A DNA stretch of 64,000 nucleotides. Origin: Alphaproteobacteria bacterium (lineage in GTDB: Bacteria; Pseudomonadota; Alphaproteobacteria; UBA828). The notes under the pieces are model-generated. The model saw only the letters and a list, made by a program, of their open reading frames with translations, was not told the DNA's origin and ran no database searches. The position numbers and the translations under genes are program-made. Location: contig CBDCCI010000002.1 in NCBI GenBank assembly GCA_965214705.1, positions 864,001-928,000 on the forward strand, given 5' to 3'. Position 1 is the stretch's first letter. Each line of letters starts with the position of its first letter. Positions 9,465 to 27,459 of the stretch are shown piece after piece.

Positions 9465-9558
9465 GCTCCCTCGCATTCCTCCCGCCGGAACCACACCAAG
9501 GGTGTATAGGGCAGGGCCGGCGCGAGGCAAACGCGCTGCGGGGCGGGGCGGGGCCTGA

Positions 9559-10404
9559 GTGGCGCCGTCGCTCTCCGCCGTCGGCGCACTCGCGCGTGCC
9601 GCCGACTACGACCGCTATCTCTCCGCCGTGTTCGCGCCGGCCGGCCGGCGCGAGGCACTGTTCGCGCTGATCGCCTTCAACCACGAGATCGCGCGCATTC
9701 CCGAGGCCGTGAGCGAGCCGATGCTGGGCCGCATCCGGCTGCAATGGTGGCGCGAGGTGCTCGACGCAGCCTATGCGAGCGAGCCCACCCGGCGCCATGA
9801 GGTGGCGCTACCGCTGGCGGACACGATTCGAGCGTGCGCGCTGGGCCGCGCCCCATTCGACGCGCTGCTGAAGGCGCGGGAGGCCGACCTCGAAGAAGGC
9901 GGCCCGGCCGATTTAGCGGCGCTGGAGCGCTATGCGGCGGGCACAGGAGGAGCGCTGACGGAACTCATGGTGGCGACTTCCGGCGCGGAGGGCCGCCCGG
10001 CGCTGGAGGCCGGGAGGCAGGTCGGCACGGCCTGGGCCTTGGTCGGTACGCTTCGGGCGGCGCCCCACGCGGCGGCGCAGGGCCGGGTCACGCTCCCGGC
10101 CGACCTTCTCACGCAAACGGGGATCACCGCCGACGATCTGCGGGCAGGCCGGGCGTTCGAGCGTTTCACTGCCGTCGCCGAACCGGTGGCAGGCCGCGCC
10201 GCCGAATTGCTCCAAGCCGCGCGGCAGGACCGGCGTGCGGTGCCCCGGCAGGCCCGCGGCGTGCTTCTGATCGCCCGCCTCGCCGATCTCTATCGTGCGC
10301 GCCTGCACCGCGCCGCTTGGGACCCCCGCGATCCACGTCTCGCCATCGGGCCGCTCCGCAAGCAGGCGGCGATGTTGGCGGGCGCAGTATTCGGCCGCTA
10401 CTGA
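9559..10404 (+). CDS. Phytoene/squalene synthase family protein (NDUFAF6-like)
   Basis: DYDRYLSAVFAP, ALIAFNHEIARIPEAVSEPMLGRIRLQWWRE; lacks canonical DDxxD motifs. Confidence 0.88.
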   Translation: MAPSLSAVGALARAADYDRYLSAVFAPAGRREALFALIAFNHEIARIPEAVSEPMLGRIRLQWWREVLDAAYASEPTRRHEVALPLADTIRACALGRAPFDALLKAREADLEEGGPADLAALERYAAGTGGALTELMVATSGAEGRPALEAGRQVGTAWALVGTLRAAPHAAAQGRVTLPADLLTQTGITADDLRAGRAFERFTAVAEPVAGRAAELLQAARQDRRAVPRQARGVLLIARLADLYRARLHRAAWDPRDPRLAIGPLRKQAAMLAGAVFGRY

Positions 10405-10413
10405 CGCCTTTGC

Positions 10414-11769
10414 TCAGGCCGCCGCGGCGCGGCCCTCGCCCAGCCAGCGGCCGAAATCGGCCCGCGCGCGTTCCACCATCGCGGCTTTGCGCACGCGCTT
10501 GGGCACGCGGCCCGCGAGCGGCGGGAACAGGCCGAAGTTGACGTTCATCGGCTGGAAGGTCCCGCCTGCGCCCAGGTGCCCGCCGGTGATGTGGCTGAGC
10601 AGCGCACCGAACGCAGTGGTCGGCGGCGGGGGCGGCGCAGTGGCGCCCGCGACCTCCGCGGCAGCGAAGCGCCCGGCGAGCAGGCCGATCGCCGCGCTCT
10701 CGACATACCCCTCGACGCCGGTGATCTGGCCCGCGAAGCGCACGTGCGGCGCCCGGCGCAGGCGCAGCTCCGCATCCAGCTGGACCGGGCTGTTGATGAA
10801 GGTGTTGCGATGAATGCCGCCGAGCCTGGCGAAACTGGCCTGCTCCAGCCCCGGAATCAGGCGGAAGACCCGCTTCTGCGCGCCGTGCGTGAGCTTGGTC
10901 TGGAAGCCCACCATGTTGAAGAGGGTGCCGAGCGCGTTGTCCTGGCGCAGCTGCACCACCGCGTGGGGGCGGGCGCCGGTGGCGGGGTCGGTGAGGCCCA
11001 CGGGCTTCATCGGGCCGAAGCGGAGCGTGTCGCGCCCGCGCGAGGCCATCACCTCGATGGGCAGGCAGCCCTCGAAGTAGGGCGTGTCGCGCTCCCAGTC
11101 CCGGAAAGGGATCGTGTCGGCGGCGAGCAGCGCGTCGATGAAGGCCTCGTAGCGCTCGCGGTCCAGCGGGCAGTTGATGTAGGCCGCGCGGTCGCCGCCG
11201 GGCCCGGCCTTGTCGTAACGGGACTGGAACCAGGCCCGCTCGAAGTCGATGCTGTCGCGGTGTACGATGGGCGCGAGCGCGTCGAAGAAGGCTAGGTGCT
11301 CTTCGCCGGTGGCGTCCAGGATCGCCTGGCTTAGCCCCGGTGCGGTGAGGGGGCCGGTGGCGACGATGGCCGGGCCCTCCGCCGCATCCGGCAGGCCTCG
11401 GGCTTCCGCGCGGCACACCTGGATGGCGGGGTCGTCCTCGATCGCCTGCTGCACCGCGTCGGCGAAGCCCGTGCGGTCCACCGCCAGCGCCTGGCCGGCC
11501 GGCACCTTGTGGCGGTCGGCGGCGGCCATGATCAGCGAGTCCGCGCGCCGCATCTCCTCGTGCAGGAGGCCGACGACGTTGCGCTCGGCATCGTCGGAGC
11601 GGAAGGAGTTGGAGCAGACCAGCTCCGCGAGCCGGTCCGTGACGTGCGCCTCGGTGGCGCGCACCGGGCGCATCTCCCAGAGCTCGACCGCCCCGCCCCG
11701 GCGCGCGATCTGCCACGCCGCCTCGCAGCCGGCGAGGCCGCCGCCGACGATGCGGATTCGCTGATCCAC
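10414..11769 (-). CDS. trmFO: tRNA (uracil-54-C5)-methyltransferase TrmFO
   Basis: [54 protein letters not shown]. Confidence 0.97.
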   Translation of the reverse strand: MDQRIRIVGGGLAGCEAAWQIARRGGAVELWEMRPVRATEAHVTDRLAELVCSNSFRSDDAERNVVGLLHEEMRRADSLIMAAADRHKVPAGQALAVDRTGFADAVQQAIEDDPAIQVCRAEARGLPDAAEGPAIVATGPLTAPGLSQAILDATGEEHLAFFDALAPIVHRDSIDFERAWFQSRYDKAGPGGDRAAYINCPLDRERYEAFIDALLAADTIPFRDWERDTPYFEGCLPIEVMASRGRDTLRFGPMKPVGLTDPATGARPHAVVQLRQDNALGTLFNMVGFQTKLTHGAQKRVFRLIPGLEQASFARLGGIHRNTFINSPVQLDAELRLRRAPHVRFAGQITGVEGYVESAAIGLLAGRFAAAEVAGATAPPPPPTTAFGALLSHITGGHLGAGGTFQPMNVNFGLFPPLAGRVPKRVRKAAMVERARADFGRWLGEGRAAAA

Positions 11770-11799
11770 CCCTGCGTGCTCCGCGCTGCGCCGCCGGGC

Positions 11800-14691
<2,892 letters not shown>

Positions 14692-14859
14692 GGGCGCGGA
14701 CGAAACGGTTCGGGGATCGACTCTGGAATATAGGAGCTTCGCCCGGCGAAGGCGAGAGCCGCCGGTATGCGTAGCCGGCATACGGGGCCGGTTTGAGGCG
14801 GCTCTGGCTATAGGCTAAGAATCGCCAAGGTAGCCTGCGTGTACAGAGGAGGTTCAGTT

Positions 14860-15321
14860 ATGGCGGGTAGCGTCAACAAGGTCATTCTGGTCGGCAACCT
14901 GGGACGCGACCCGGAAACCCGTCAGACTCAGGACGGCAGGCCCATCGTCAACATGTCGGTCGCCACCAGCGAGAACTGGCGGGACCGTCAGACCGGGGAG
15001 CGCCGCGAGCGCACCGAGTGGCACCGCGTCGTGATCTTCAACGAGCGCTTGGCCGAGGTCGCGCAGAACTACCTGCGCAAGGGCTCCAAGGTCTATCTCG
15101 AAGGCCAGCTGCAGACCCGCAAGTGGACCGACCAGTCGGGGCAGGAGCGCTACACCACCGAGGTGGTGCTCGGGCGCTTTCGGGGCGAGCTCACGATGCT
15201 GGACAGCCGCGCCGATAGCGGCGGCGGGCGTGACTACGGCGGCGAGCCGGCCGGCGCCCCGGCCACGGCCCGCGACAGCGGCCCATCATCCACCGACCTG
15301 GACGACGATATTCCGTTCTAA
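14860..15321 (+). CDS. ssb: Single-stranded DNA-binding protein
   Basis: [19 protein letters not shown] ... DDDIPF; GAGGAGG RBS; divergent from uvrA. Confidence 0.98.
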   Translation: MAGSVNKVILVGNLGRDPETRQTQDGRPIVNMSVATSENWRDRQTGERRERTEWHRVVIFNERLAEVAQNYLRKGSKVYLEGQLQTRKWTDQSGQERYTTEVVLGRFRGELTMLDSRADSGGGRDYGGEPAGAPATARDSGPSSTDLDDDIPF

Positions 15322-15459
15322 TTGTGAGGAGAATTGCACCCAACAACGCGGTTCGCGGCGTTGTGAATCAGGGGTGTTTCCTGTAGTCTCTTCGGTATGA
15401 GGAGCGAGTCGCAGCGCGCGGCCTAATTCCTTGTCCCTCAATAATCTTTTCGGTCATCG

Positions 15460-18163
<2,704 letters not shown>

Positions 18164-18171
<8 letters not shown>

Positions 18172-18670
18172 GCGGGTCGGCCTCTATCCCGGAACCTTCG
18201 ACCCGATCACCACGGGCCATCAGGACATCATCAGGCGCGCGCTCCGGGTGGTCGACAGGCTGGTGGTGGCAGTCGCCGTCAACGCGGGCAAGAACCCGCT
18301 GTTCGACGTGGACGAGCGGGTGGCGCTTACCGCGCAGGATCTCGCAGCGCTCGGGCTCGAGCCGCCGCAGCTGGAAGTGCGCAGTTTCGACAGCCTGCTC
18401 ATGCATTTCGTCCACGAGGTGAACGCCACGGTGATCGTGCGCGGGCTCCGGGCCGTTTCCGACTTTGAGTACGAGTTCCAGATGGCGGGCATGAACGCCA
18501 GGCTCGACCAGGGTGTCGAGACCGTGTTCCTGATGGCCTCGGAGCGGCACCACTTCATCTCCTCGAAGCTGGTCAAGGAGATCGCCTCCCTCGGCGGCGA
18601 CGTGTCGAGCTTCGTCTCGCCGCTCATTGCCCAGCGCCTCGCCGAGCGGTTCGGGACGCCGCCTCCCTGA
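18164..18670 (+). CDS. coaD: Phosphopantetheine adenylyltransferase
   Basis: [34 protein letters not shown]. Confidence 0.97.
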
Positions 18671-18694
18671 GGCCGGCGGCGCCGGCGACCATCG

Positions 18695-20805
<2,111 letters not shown>

Positions 20806-20847
20806 GTAGGAGACGGGGACGCTGGGGAAGACGACTGACCGGAGAGG

Positions 20848-21603
20848 TCAGTCGCCGAAGCCCTTCACCCGCTCGGCGGTCTCGGGGTCGAGGAAGCGCC
20901 GCACGGTCGCCTCGGTCTCCAGCGCCAACGCGCCCTCGATATCGAAGCCGCCCGCCCGGTTGAGCACCCGCTTGAGCTCGCACACCGCTCCTTGAGGCAG
21001 GGCGGCGATGCGCGCGGCCGTCTCGTGCGCCGTCTCGAACACCTGATCGTCTGGCACCACGCGCCAGGCGAGGCCCATCTCGTGCGCTTCCGCGGCGCTG
21101 AAGGTTTCGCCGAGCAACAGCAGTTCGCGGGTCTTCGCCAGCCCCACGATGCGCGGCAGGATCGCCGTCACGCCGCCGGTCGGGAACATGCCCCACTTGA
21201 TCTCGGGGAAGAAGCACTTGGTGCCTTCGCCAAAGACGGCGAGATCGCAGTTGATCGCCCATTCCAGCCCGCCGCCCACGGCCCAGCCATGAATGGCGCC
21301 GACCACCACCTTGTCGCCCAGAACCAAGCGGCGCGAAACCTCCTGGATCGCCTCGATGAAGGCCCGGGTCTCCGCCTCGCCGGCGGTCTGGTTCTCGATG
21401 TCCTTGAGGTCGTCGCCGGAGCAGAAGGCACGCCCTGCGCCGCGCAGGACCAGCGCGCCCACCCCATCGTCGGCAAGCACGTCGTCTAGTGCTGCACAGA
21501 GATCGGCGAGCAGTGTGGCGTTGAGCGCGTTGAGCCGCTCCGGCCGGTTGAGCGTGAGCGTGGCGACGCCCGCCGTCACGCCGGTGAGGACGGTACCCGC
21601 CAT
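20848..21603 (-). CDS. Enoyl-CoA hydratase/isomerase family protein
   Basis: LTLNRPERLNAL, AFCSGDDL, GWAVGGGLEWAINCD, FPE. Confidence 0.9.
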   Translation of the reverse strand: MAGTVLTGVTAGVATLTLNRPERLNALNATLLADLCAALDDVLADDGVGALVLRGAGRAFCSGDDLKDIENQTAGEAETRAFIEAIQEVSRRLVLGDKVVVGAIHGWAVGGGLEWAINCDLAVFGEGTKCFFPEIKWGMFPTGGVTAILPRIVGLAKTRELLLLGETFSAAEAHEMGLAWRVVPDDQVFETAHETAARIAALPQGAVCELKRVLNRAGGFDIEGALALETEATVRRFLDPETAERVKGFGD

Positions 21604-22904
21604 CTTCGATCCTCCCTGATCAGTCGCTGCGTCTTGCCGCCGGTGCGTGGCAGCGAGCCGGGCGGCAGCAGGTTCACGATGGCCGAAGCCCGAAGTGCGG
21701 CCTTGATTGCCTCTTCCACGCGCGCAGCCAGCGCTTCCGTGCCCTCTGCGTCCGGCGCCAGCTCGGCCTCCACCGGCAGGCGGTCGTACGGGCCGTCGCC
21801 CTTGAGCCGGATTCGGAACTCGCCCGAGAGCACGTCGAAGCCGGCGATCACGCCGCCGACGGCGGTCGGGAAGATGTTGACGCCGCGCACCACCACCATG
21901 TCGTCGCTGCGGCCAAGCACCCTGAAGCGGGTCGCCGCGCGCCCGCAGGTGCACATGCCTGTGCCCGTGATGGCGATCACGTCGTTGGTGCGGAAGCGCA
22001 CCAGCGGTTGCGCCTCGCGCTTCAGGTGCGTCAACACCAGCTCGCCGCTTGCGCCCTCCCGCCACGCCACCGGATCGCCGCTCTCCGGCTCGATCAGCTC
22101 CGGGTAGAGCACGTCCTCGCCCAGGAAGTGCAGGTCGTTGCTGGCCCAGCACTGGCTCGCGAAATTGCTGAACACGTCTGAGACGCCGTAGTTGGCGTTG
22201 CGCGCGGTAAAGCCCCAGACGCTCTCAAGACGCCCACGAAAGCTCGGGTCGTCCAGCCCCGCCTCGCCGCCGAAGAGGCCAAGCGTGAGTCCCAGGTCGC
22301 GCGGCGCGAGGCCCGGGAAGTGTTCCGCGATCGTCTGCTCCAGGGCGGCGGGGTAGGAGGGTGTGCAATGGATCACCCGGACCTTCAGGTCGAGGATCGT
22401 GCGTATCAGGAGCTGGCTCTCGCCTGCGCCGAAGGGAATCACGGTCGCGCCTGCGGCTTCGAGGGAGAGGTGGTCGCTCACCCCTCCCATCCACATCCGG
22501 TAGTTGAGGCAGTGCACCGTGAGCGTACCGGTGGTGAGCCCGGCGGCCTGAAAGCAGCGCGCGCCGACCTCGGCCGTCTGTGCTGCGTCGGCCTCCGTCT
22601 GGGCGATGTTCATGGCCTGGCCGGTGGTGCCGGAGGTTCGATGCAGGCGGATGACGAACTCACGCACGGCCGCGAGGTAGTCGCCGAAGGGTGGGTGCGT
22701 GGCCTGGGATTCCCGCAGCATCGCCTTGTCGCAGAGGGGGAGCGCGGGCAGGTCCTCCAGCCGCTCCGGCACGTGCCGGCCGGCCCACAGCCGGGCGAAG
22801 AAGGGCGATTGTGAGATGACATAGGCCCGCTGGGCACGCCAACGCTCTTGCTGGAGCGCGGCAATCTCCTCAGGCGGCCGAAGCGCCTCGCTTACAGGGC
22901 TCAT
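21576..22904 (-). CDS. Phenylacetate-CoA ligase (PaaK)-like acyl-CoA ligase
   Basis: RTSGTTG, YGVSD, GELVLT, PLVRFRTND, GRSDDMVVVRGVNIFP. Confidence 0.85.
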   Translation of the reverse strand: MSPVSEALRPPEEIAALQQERWRAQRAYVISQSPFFARLWAGRHVPERLEDLPALPLCDKAMLRESQATHPPFGDYLAAVREFVIRLHRTSGTTGQAMNIAQTEADAAQTAEVGARCFQAAGLTTGTLTVHCLNYRMWMGGVSDHLSLEAAGATVIPFGAGESQLLIRTILDLKVRVIHCTPSYPAALEQTIAEHFPGLAPRDLGLTLGLFGGEAGLDDPSFRGRLESVWGFTARNANYGVSDVFSNFASQCWASNDLHFLGEDVLYPELIEPESGDPVAWREGASGELVLTHLKREAQPLVRFRTNDVIAITGTGMCTCGRAATRFRVLGRSDDMVVVRGVNIFPTAVGGVIAGFDVLSGEFRIRLKGDGPYDRLPVEAELAPDAEGTEALAARVEEAIKAALRASAIVNLLPPGSLPRTGGKTQRLIREDRRWRVPSSPA

Positions 22905-22944
22905 GCGGTGCGCCCGCACGCTTGCGGCCGTGTCCGAGACCGGC

Positions 22945-25900
22945 TCAGGCGATCTCGGCTTGCGCCTCGTCGACCAGCGGGTGGGACAGGCGGGAAATCA
23001 TCTCCCGCGGGCAGATCTGCCAGAAGTTGCCGATCTCCAGGGTCCAGTCGGCGAGTAGGCGTTCGCTGTAGCGCGAGCGGGTCTCGGCATGGTGCTCCTC
23101 GACCAGAGCACGGCACTCGCGCTCCCAGTAAGCGCTGGCGATCCGTTGCCAGACCACCGTGTCAGCGTTGACGCGCCGTTCGAAGGTGGCGTCGGGGTCG
23201 TAGACGAAGGCCATGCCGCCGGTCATGCCGGCGGCGAAGTTGTCGCCCACGGGCCCCAGGATGACCGCAATGCCGCCGGTCATGTATTCGCACCCGTTCG
23301 ATCCGCAGCCCTCGACCACAGCGCGCGCGCCCGAGTTGCGTACGCAGAAGCGCTCGCCCGCCTGGCCGGCGGCGAACAGCTTTCCGCTGGTGGCACCGTA
23401 GAGGACGACATTGCCGATGATCGTGTTCTCGTTGGAGGCGAGCGGGCTCGAGGTCGGCAGGCGCAAGACGATAGTGCCGCCGGAGAGCCCCTTGCCCACA
23501 TAGTCATTGGCGTCGCCGCTCACCACGATCTTGAGGCCCTGGACGGCCCAAGCGCCCAGCGATTGTCCGGCGGAACCGCGCAGGCTCACCGTGAAGTAGT
23601 CGGGCGGCAGCCCCGACATGCCGAAGCGGCGGGTCAGGTGGGAAGAGAGCTTGGCCCCGATCGTGCGGTGCGTGTTGCTCATCGTGTAGGCGAGCTGCAT
23701 CTTCTCCGGCACTTCCAGCGCGTCGTCGGCGTCGCTGATGATCTGCTCGTCGAGGGTGCCGGGCACCTCGATCCGTCCCTTGCGCGTGGAGTGGCGGGGG
23801 TGGCCGCCGGGGTCCGCCTGGGCGAGCAGCGGGTTGAGGTCGAGATCGTCGAGATCGGCGCTGCCGCGGCTGACCTGGCGTAGCAGGTCGGTGCGGCCGA
23901 CAATCTCGTGAAGCGTCGCCACCCCGAGCGACGCCAGAATCTCGCGCACCTCCTCGCCGATGAAGGTGAACAGGTTGACCACCTTCTCCGGCGTGCCCTC
24001 GAACTTGGCGCGGAGCGCCGGGTCCTGCGTACAAACGCCGACCGGGCAGGTGTTGCTGTGGCACTGGCGCACCAGGATGCAGCCCATCGCGACCAGCGAG
24101 GTCGTGCCGATGCCGAATTCCTCGGCCCCCAGCATAGCGGCGGTGACCACGTCGCGGCCGGTCTTGATGCCGCCGTCGACCCGGAGCGTCACGGTGTGGC
24201 GCAGGCGGTTGAGAGTCAGGACCTGATGCACCTCGGCGAGACCCATCTCCCAGGGCACGCCGGCATATTTCACACTGCTCTGGGGCGAGGCGCCGGTGCC
24301 GCCGTCGTGGCCCGAGACCAGAACCACGTCGGCCTTCGCCTTGGCGACGCCGGCGGCGATGGTGCCGATGCCGGCCTCGGCCACGAGCTTGACCGTGACT
24401 CTGGCGTTCGGGTTGATCTGCTTCAGGTCGTAGATCAACTGGGCCAGGTCCTCGATCGAGTAGATGTCGTGGTGCGGCGGCGGCGAAATCAGCGTCACCC
24501 CCGGCGTCGAATGGCGCAGCTTGGCGATCTCCTCCGACACCTTGAAGCCCGGAAGCTGGCCGCCTTCGCCCGGCTTCGCCCCTTGCGCCATCTTGATTTC
24601 GATCTCGCGGCAGTGGTTCAGATACTCCGCGGTCACGCCGAAGCGCGCCGACGCGATCTGCTTGGTCGCCGACGACGCGTTGTCGCCGTTGTCGCGCGGC
24701 TCGAAGCGCTCGCGTGCCTCACCGCCCTCGCCGCTGCAGGACGCAGCCCCAATGCGGTTCATGGCGATCGCCAGCGTCTCGTGCGCCTCCTTGGAGAGCG
24801 CGCCGTGCGACATGCTTCCGCTGCTGAAGCGCTTGCGGATCTGAGTGATCGATTCCACTTCGTCGAGACCGATCTCCGGCCTGTCGGACTCGAAGCCCAG
24901 GAGGTTACGGATCTGGATCGGCGGCAGCGCGTACACGCCCTCGGCATACTTCTTGTAGGTCGCGTAAGAGTCGGCTGCGAGCGCCGACTGGAGCATATGG
25001 ATGAGCGGTCCGTCGAAGGCGTGGAGCTCGCCCGAGCGGCGGTACTTGAGGAGGCCGCCGACCGGCAGCACCACGGGGCTCTCCTCGTAGGACTTGCGGT
25101 GCTGGCGCAGCACGCGGCGCTTGATGCCGCTGAGCCCGATGCCGGAGAGCCGCGCCGTCATGCCGGGGAAGAAATCGGCGACCAGCGCCCGGCTGAGTCC
25201 GACGGACTCGAAGTTGTAGCCGCTCCGGTATGAGCTCAGCACTGAAATGCCCATCTTGGAGAGGATCTTGAGCAGCCCCGCATCCACCGCGCGGCGGTAG
25301 CGGTCCTCGCAGTCCGCCAGGCTGCGGTTGCCGAAGAGTCCCCGCTCCTGCCTGTCGGCCAGACTTTCGAGCGCGAGATAAGGGTTGATCGAAGTCGCGC
25401 CCACCCCGATCAGGACGGCGAAATAGTGGACGTCGAGGCACTCGGCGGCGCGCACGTTGATCGAGGTGAAGGTCCTGAGCCGCTGACGCACCAGATGGCT
25501 GTGCACCCCGCCGGCCGCGAGGATCATGGGGATCGGTGCGCGCTCTTCCGAGACATGCTCGTCGGTCAGGATCAGGTGGGTTGCGCCGCCGCGCACGGCT
25601 TCCTCCGCCTGCGCGCGGATGCGCTCCATTGCCGCAGTGAGTCGACCGCGGCCAGGGGACGCGTCGAAGCTGCAGTCGATCCACACCGCCTTGTCGCCCA
25701 GAAGCTCGGTCAGGCCTTTGAATTCGCCGTTGGTGAGGACCGGCGAATCCAGTTGCAACAGCGCGGTCTGCTCGGGCTCGCCGGCGAAGATGTTGCCCAT
25801 GTTGCCGAGCCGGGTGAGCAGACTCATGACGCTGTATTCGCGCAGGGAATCGATCGGCGGGTTGGTCACCTGCGCGAACATCTGGCGGAAGTAGTGGTGC

Positions 25901-27459
25901 AGGCCCCGATACTGGCCCGAGAGCACGGCGAGCGGCGTGTCGTCGCCCATTGAGCCCGTCGGCTCCTTGCCGTCGTCCACCATGGGATGGAGCACCAATT
26001 CGAGCTCCTCCATGGAATAGCCCACCATGCGCTGGCGCAGCCGGAGCTCGTCGCGCGAGAACATGCGGGGTGCCGCCGTGCCGGAGACCAGCGCGCTCGC
26101 GTCGACCACGTCTGCGACCCATGCCGCGTATGGCTTGGCCTCGGCCAGCATGTCCTTCATCTCGCGGTCGTGATAGAGGCGGCCTTCGGAGAGATCGACG
26201 CAGATCATCTGACCGGGGCCGAGGCGCCCGTTCTCGGTAATCCGCTCAGGCGCGATGGGGACCATGCCGGCTTCGGAGCCGACCACGAGCATCCCGTCGG
26301 CGGTGACGCTGTAGCGCATGGGGCGAAGCCCGTTGCGATCCATGCCGGCGAGAATCCAGGTGCCGTCCGTCGCGGCGATGGCCGCCGGGCCGTCCCACGG
26401 CTCCATCACGCAGTTGCAGAAGTTGTAGAAGGCGCGGTGGTGGGCCGGCATGTCCTGCTTCTTGGACCAGGCGTCGGGGATCAGCAGGCTGTGGGCCGCC
26501 GGCACCGAGCGCCCGGCCCGCACCACGCCCTCGAGCACGGCGTCGAGCGCCATGGAATCCGACGAGTCCGGCTCGATCAGCGGAAAGAGCTCGCTGTTAT
26601 GGGCGCCGAAGACGTCGCTCGCAGCGCGCGTCTCGTGATTCGCCATCCAGTTCTTGTTGCCACGAATCGTGTTGATCTCGCCGTTGTGGGCGAGCATGCG
26701 GAAGGGCTGCGCCAGCCGCCACGTGGGGAAGGTGTTGGTCGAATAGCGCTGGTGGAAGATCGCGAAGCGTGACACGAAGCGCTCGTCGAGCAGGTCCGGA
26801 TAGAACGCCGTGAGCTGCTCGGCCAGGAACATGCCTTTGTAGATGAGCGAGCGGCACGAGAGAGAGCAGATGTAGAAGCCTGTGATGTGACGGTCGAGAA
26901 CTTGCTTCTCGATGCGCCGGCGGATGATGTAGAGGTCGATCTCGAACTGGTCGTCGTCAACGCCGCGCCGGTTGACGATCATTACCTGCTCGATCTCGGG
27001 CCGGGCAGCGTTCGCCTTCTCCCCGATCACCGACGAATCGATCGGCACCTGGCGCCAGCCCACGATGCCGTGGCCGAAGCGGAGGATCTCGGTCTCGACG
27101 ATGCTGCGGCAAAGGTCCTGCGCGCCGAGATCGGTCTTGGGCAGGAACACCATGCCGACGGCCAACCGCCCGCCTTTGGGGCTCTGACCCGTCGCCTCTA
27201 TATGCTCCCGGAAGAAATCCTGCGGAATCTCGACGTGGATGCCGGCGCCGTCGCCGGTCATGCCGTCGGCGTCGACCGCGCCCCGATGCCACACGGCCTT
27301 GAGTGCCGCGATGCCCGCCTCGACCACGTCGCGCCGCGGCGTGCCGTCAAGCGCGGCGATCAGCCCGACCCCGCAGGAATCGTGCTCGAAAGAGGGGTCG
27401 TAGAGGCCGAAGCCCTGACCGGGCTCAGCGGCATGGGGATGGTGCTCACGCTCCTTCAT
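22945..27459 (-). CDS. gltB: Glutamate synthase large subunit
   Basis: HDSCGVG, HQRYSTNTFP, IKMAQGAKPGEGGQLPG, CxxxxxCxxxxC 3Fe-4S motif; start overlaps gltD stop. Confidence 0.98.
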   Translation of the reverse strand: MKEREHHPHAAEPGQGFGLYDPSFEHDSCGVGLIAALDGTPRRDVVEAGIAALKAVWHRGAVDADGMTGDGAGIHVEIPQDFFREHIEATGQSPKGGRLAVGMVFLPKTDLGAQDLCRSIVETEILRFGHGIVGWRQVPIDSSVIGEKANAARPEIEQVMIVNRRGVDDDQFEIDLYIIRRRIEKQVLDRHITGFYICSLSCRSLIYKGMFLAEQLTAFYPDLLDERFVSRFAIFHQRYSTNTFPTWRLAQPFRMLAHNGEINTIRGNKNWMANHETRAASDVFGAHNSELFPLIEPDSSDSMALDAVLEGVVRAGRSVPAAHSLLIPDAWSKKQDMPAHHRAFYNFCNCVMEPWDGPAAIAATDGTWILAGMDRNGLRPMRYSVTADGMLVVGSEAGMVPIAPERITENGRLGPGQMICVDLSEGRLYHDREMKDMLAEAKPYAAWVADVVDASALVSGTAAPRMFSRDELRLRQRMVGYSMEELELVLHPMVDDGKEPTGSMGDDTPLAVLSGQYRGLHHYFRQMFAQVTNPPIDSLREYSVMSLLTRLGNMGNIFAGEPEQTALLQLDSPVLTNGEFKGLTELLGDKAVWIDCSFDASPGRGRLTAAMERIRAQAEEAVRGGATHLILTDEHVSEERAPIPMILAAGGVHSHLVRQRLRTFTSINVRAAECLDVHYFAVLIGVGATSINPYLALESLADRQERGLFGNRSLADCEDRYRRAVDAGLLKILSKMGISVLSSYRSGYNFESVGLSRALVADFFPGMTARLSGIGLSGIKRRVLRQHRKSYEESPVVLPVGGLLKYRRSGELHAFDGPLIHMLQSALAADSYATYKKYAEGVYALPPIQIRNLLGFESDRPEIGLDEVESITQIRKRFSSGSMSHGALSKEAHETLAIAMNRIGAASCSGEGGEARERFEPRDNGDNASSATKQIASARFGVTAEYLNHCREIEIKMAQGAKPGEGGQLPGFKVSEEIAKLRHSTPGVTLISPPPHHDIYSIEDLAQLIYDLKQINPNARVTVKLVAEAGIGTIAAGVAKAKADVVLVSGHDGGTGASPQSSVKYAGVPWEMGLAEVHQVLTLNRLRHTVTLRVDGGIKTGRDVVTAAMLGAEEFGIGTTSLVAMGCILVRQCHSNTCPVGVCTQDPALRAKFEGTPEKVVNLFTFIGEEVREILASLGVATLHEIVGRTDLLRQVSRGSADLDDLDLNPLLAQADPGGHPRHSTRKGRIEVPGTLDEQIISDADDALEVPEKMQLAYTMSNTHRTIGAKLSSHLTRRFGMSGLPPDYFTVSLRGSAGQSLGAWAVQGLKIVVSGDANDYVGKGLSGGTIVLRLPTSSPLASNENTIIGNVVLYGATSGKLFAAGQAGERFCVRNSGARAVVEGCGSNGCEYMTGGIAVILGPVGDNFAAGMTGGMAFVYDPDATFERRVNADTVVWQRIASAYWERECRALVEEHHAETRSRYSERLLADWTLEIGNFWQICPREMISRLSHPLVDEAQAEIA

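Noticed and set aside
8190-10404. hpnE plus the synthase-like gene as a two-gene squalene pathway
   Set aside because: The synthase-like protein lacks DDxxD motifs and is the widespread NDUFAF6-like gene, so the adjacency is likely incidental.
14692-14859. LexA (SOS) box between uvrA and ssb
   Set aside because: I could not find a convincing GTTC-N7-GTTC or GAAC-N7-GAAC site.
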